Assembly: GCA_051294375.1 (NCBI GenBank)
Contig: CM119268.1
Location: 16,945,947 to 17,009,946, forward strand
Source of the DNA: Paraspadella gotoi
Taxonomy: Eukaryota; Animalia; Chaetognatha
Reading direction: 5' to 3'
Length of the DNA: 64,000 bases
The position numbers were made by a program, and so were the translations under genes. The stretch's first letter is position 1; every line of letters begins with the position of its first letter. Positions 62,831-64,000 of the stretch are shown in pieces. The notes below the pieces were generated by a model. The model did no database searches and was not told where the DNA came from. It saw nothing but the letters and a program-made list of their open reading frames with translations.

Positions 62831-64000
62831 GTAAAGGAGGGGGGATTTTCTGGGACGGCGAAACGGACATCCTTCCTAATTAGACGTGCCCTCATTATGC
62901 GCGTACTGAACGGTCGGAATTATCTCATCTAACAACGACTTTACGCAATCGTTTCAAGTGCGTGAGGGGGGGGGGGGTGCAACAATAAATTGTGCGAGAA
63001 TCAGTGCACATGTCGGAACATGTTCCCCGCCGCCTTCGGCCTGTCGGGTCGCCTGGACCTCCGACGTAACTTTGCATTATTAGTATACGTTTTAAAAAAT
63101 TTCGAGTTCGTATTGTACATTCTTTAACGAACGTTAACTCTCTCTCATTTTGATTATAATGTTATAAAATCTTGGTTTATTGGCCAATAGTTTCATCGTC
63201 GCACGTTGAGACCCGTTGCAATTTTTTTTCAACTCACTTTGGCCGAAAGGCTTCGGCTCAGCCGTTCTTTATGGCCGATCACAAAAGATCCCCGGCCAAT
63301 GTTTTTTCAGCAAAAGAGGTCCGGCCTCCCGGTGTTGCCCGTTATCCGATGGCTCGCCACTTTCTTTCCGAATTCCTCAAACTGGTCAGCAAGAGAACGT
63401 GATCAAAGTTATGATTTTTCGAATTTAGACCCAAACCTCGGGAAGCCAAAGGTCGCTCCAAGTCCCAGGCTGCTTCGGTCTATTTTTTTTATTTTAATTA
63501 GTTTGTTTAGATAGAGATCTCCGTAGGAAGACGTTTAGTTCTAATAATAAGTACGGTAAGTGCTACTAGCCTCAGCTATAAACTTTCTATCGTCCATGAA
63601 GCCCGTGATCATAACGAATTTGAAATGTATTTTGTAGTAAGATGTTGTTGTGAAGAGTTGGTTTGTGTGTTAAGATCCTTCAAAGGCAAATAGTAAGTTC
63701 AATGTCAAATAATCAATAATTCTGTGCAAGTAAAAATACTAAGTAGGCTCATCCGGGGAGTTGTAGAAAACCGCTGTTCATCTCTCGTTTCAGTTCTTCT
63801 TTCATTTCTCTTCATCGTCTCGGGTCTAGCGGCGATCCTGGCGTTCCTTAGACTGTACTCGAGTTTCCTACTCCGTAGTTTAGTATTCAACAAATGATCA
63901 GTGTTTTATAAGCGTCGACCGCAAGTATCTGCGTCGCGTACGATCTCTCTTAACACAATTAGATATAAGAACGTTAAATACACCAGAAAACGATTTTTTT

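Overview
Draft-assembly window (several 10-25 N spacers, one 270 N gap) from an AT-rich, microsatellite-dense eukaryote, most likely an invertebrate animal. Evidence for that: short GT-AG introns, TTAGGG-type repeats, and metazoan gene families. Spliced genes reconstructed by hand: a class A peptide-type GPCR (-), an apolipoprotein-L-like gene (+) with a tRNA-Lys(CTT) in an intron, a two-TM BK-channel beta subunit (KCNMB/TipE)-like gene (+), an intronless type II membrane ORF (+), a large multi-exon coiled-coil gene (-), a NOL4/NOL4L homologue (-), and a globin (+) carrying about 10 single-base indels. The most notable signal is non-coding. Five short dispersed elements from three apparently unrelated repeat families (two with tRNA-derived SINE heads) share one core that fits a circularly permuted (type-P5) twister self-cleaving ribozyme. 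The copies show compensatory base changes in both pseudoknots and in P2/P4, plus a shared non-canonical bulged P2 and a minimal P1. Two inverted-repeat-bounded elements filled with telomere-like CCCTAA repeats are also present. All assignments are by eye; no database searches were run.
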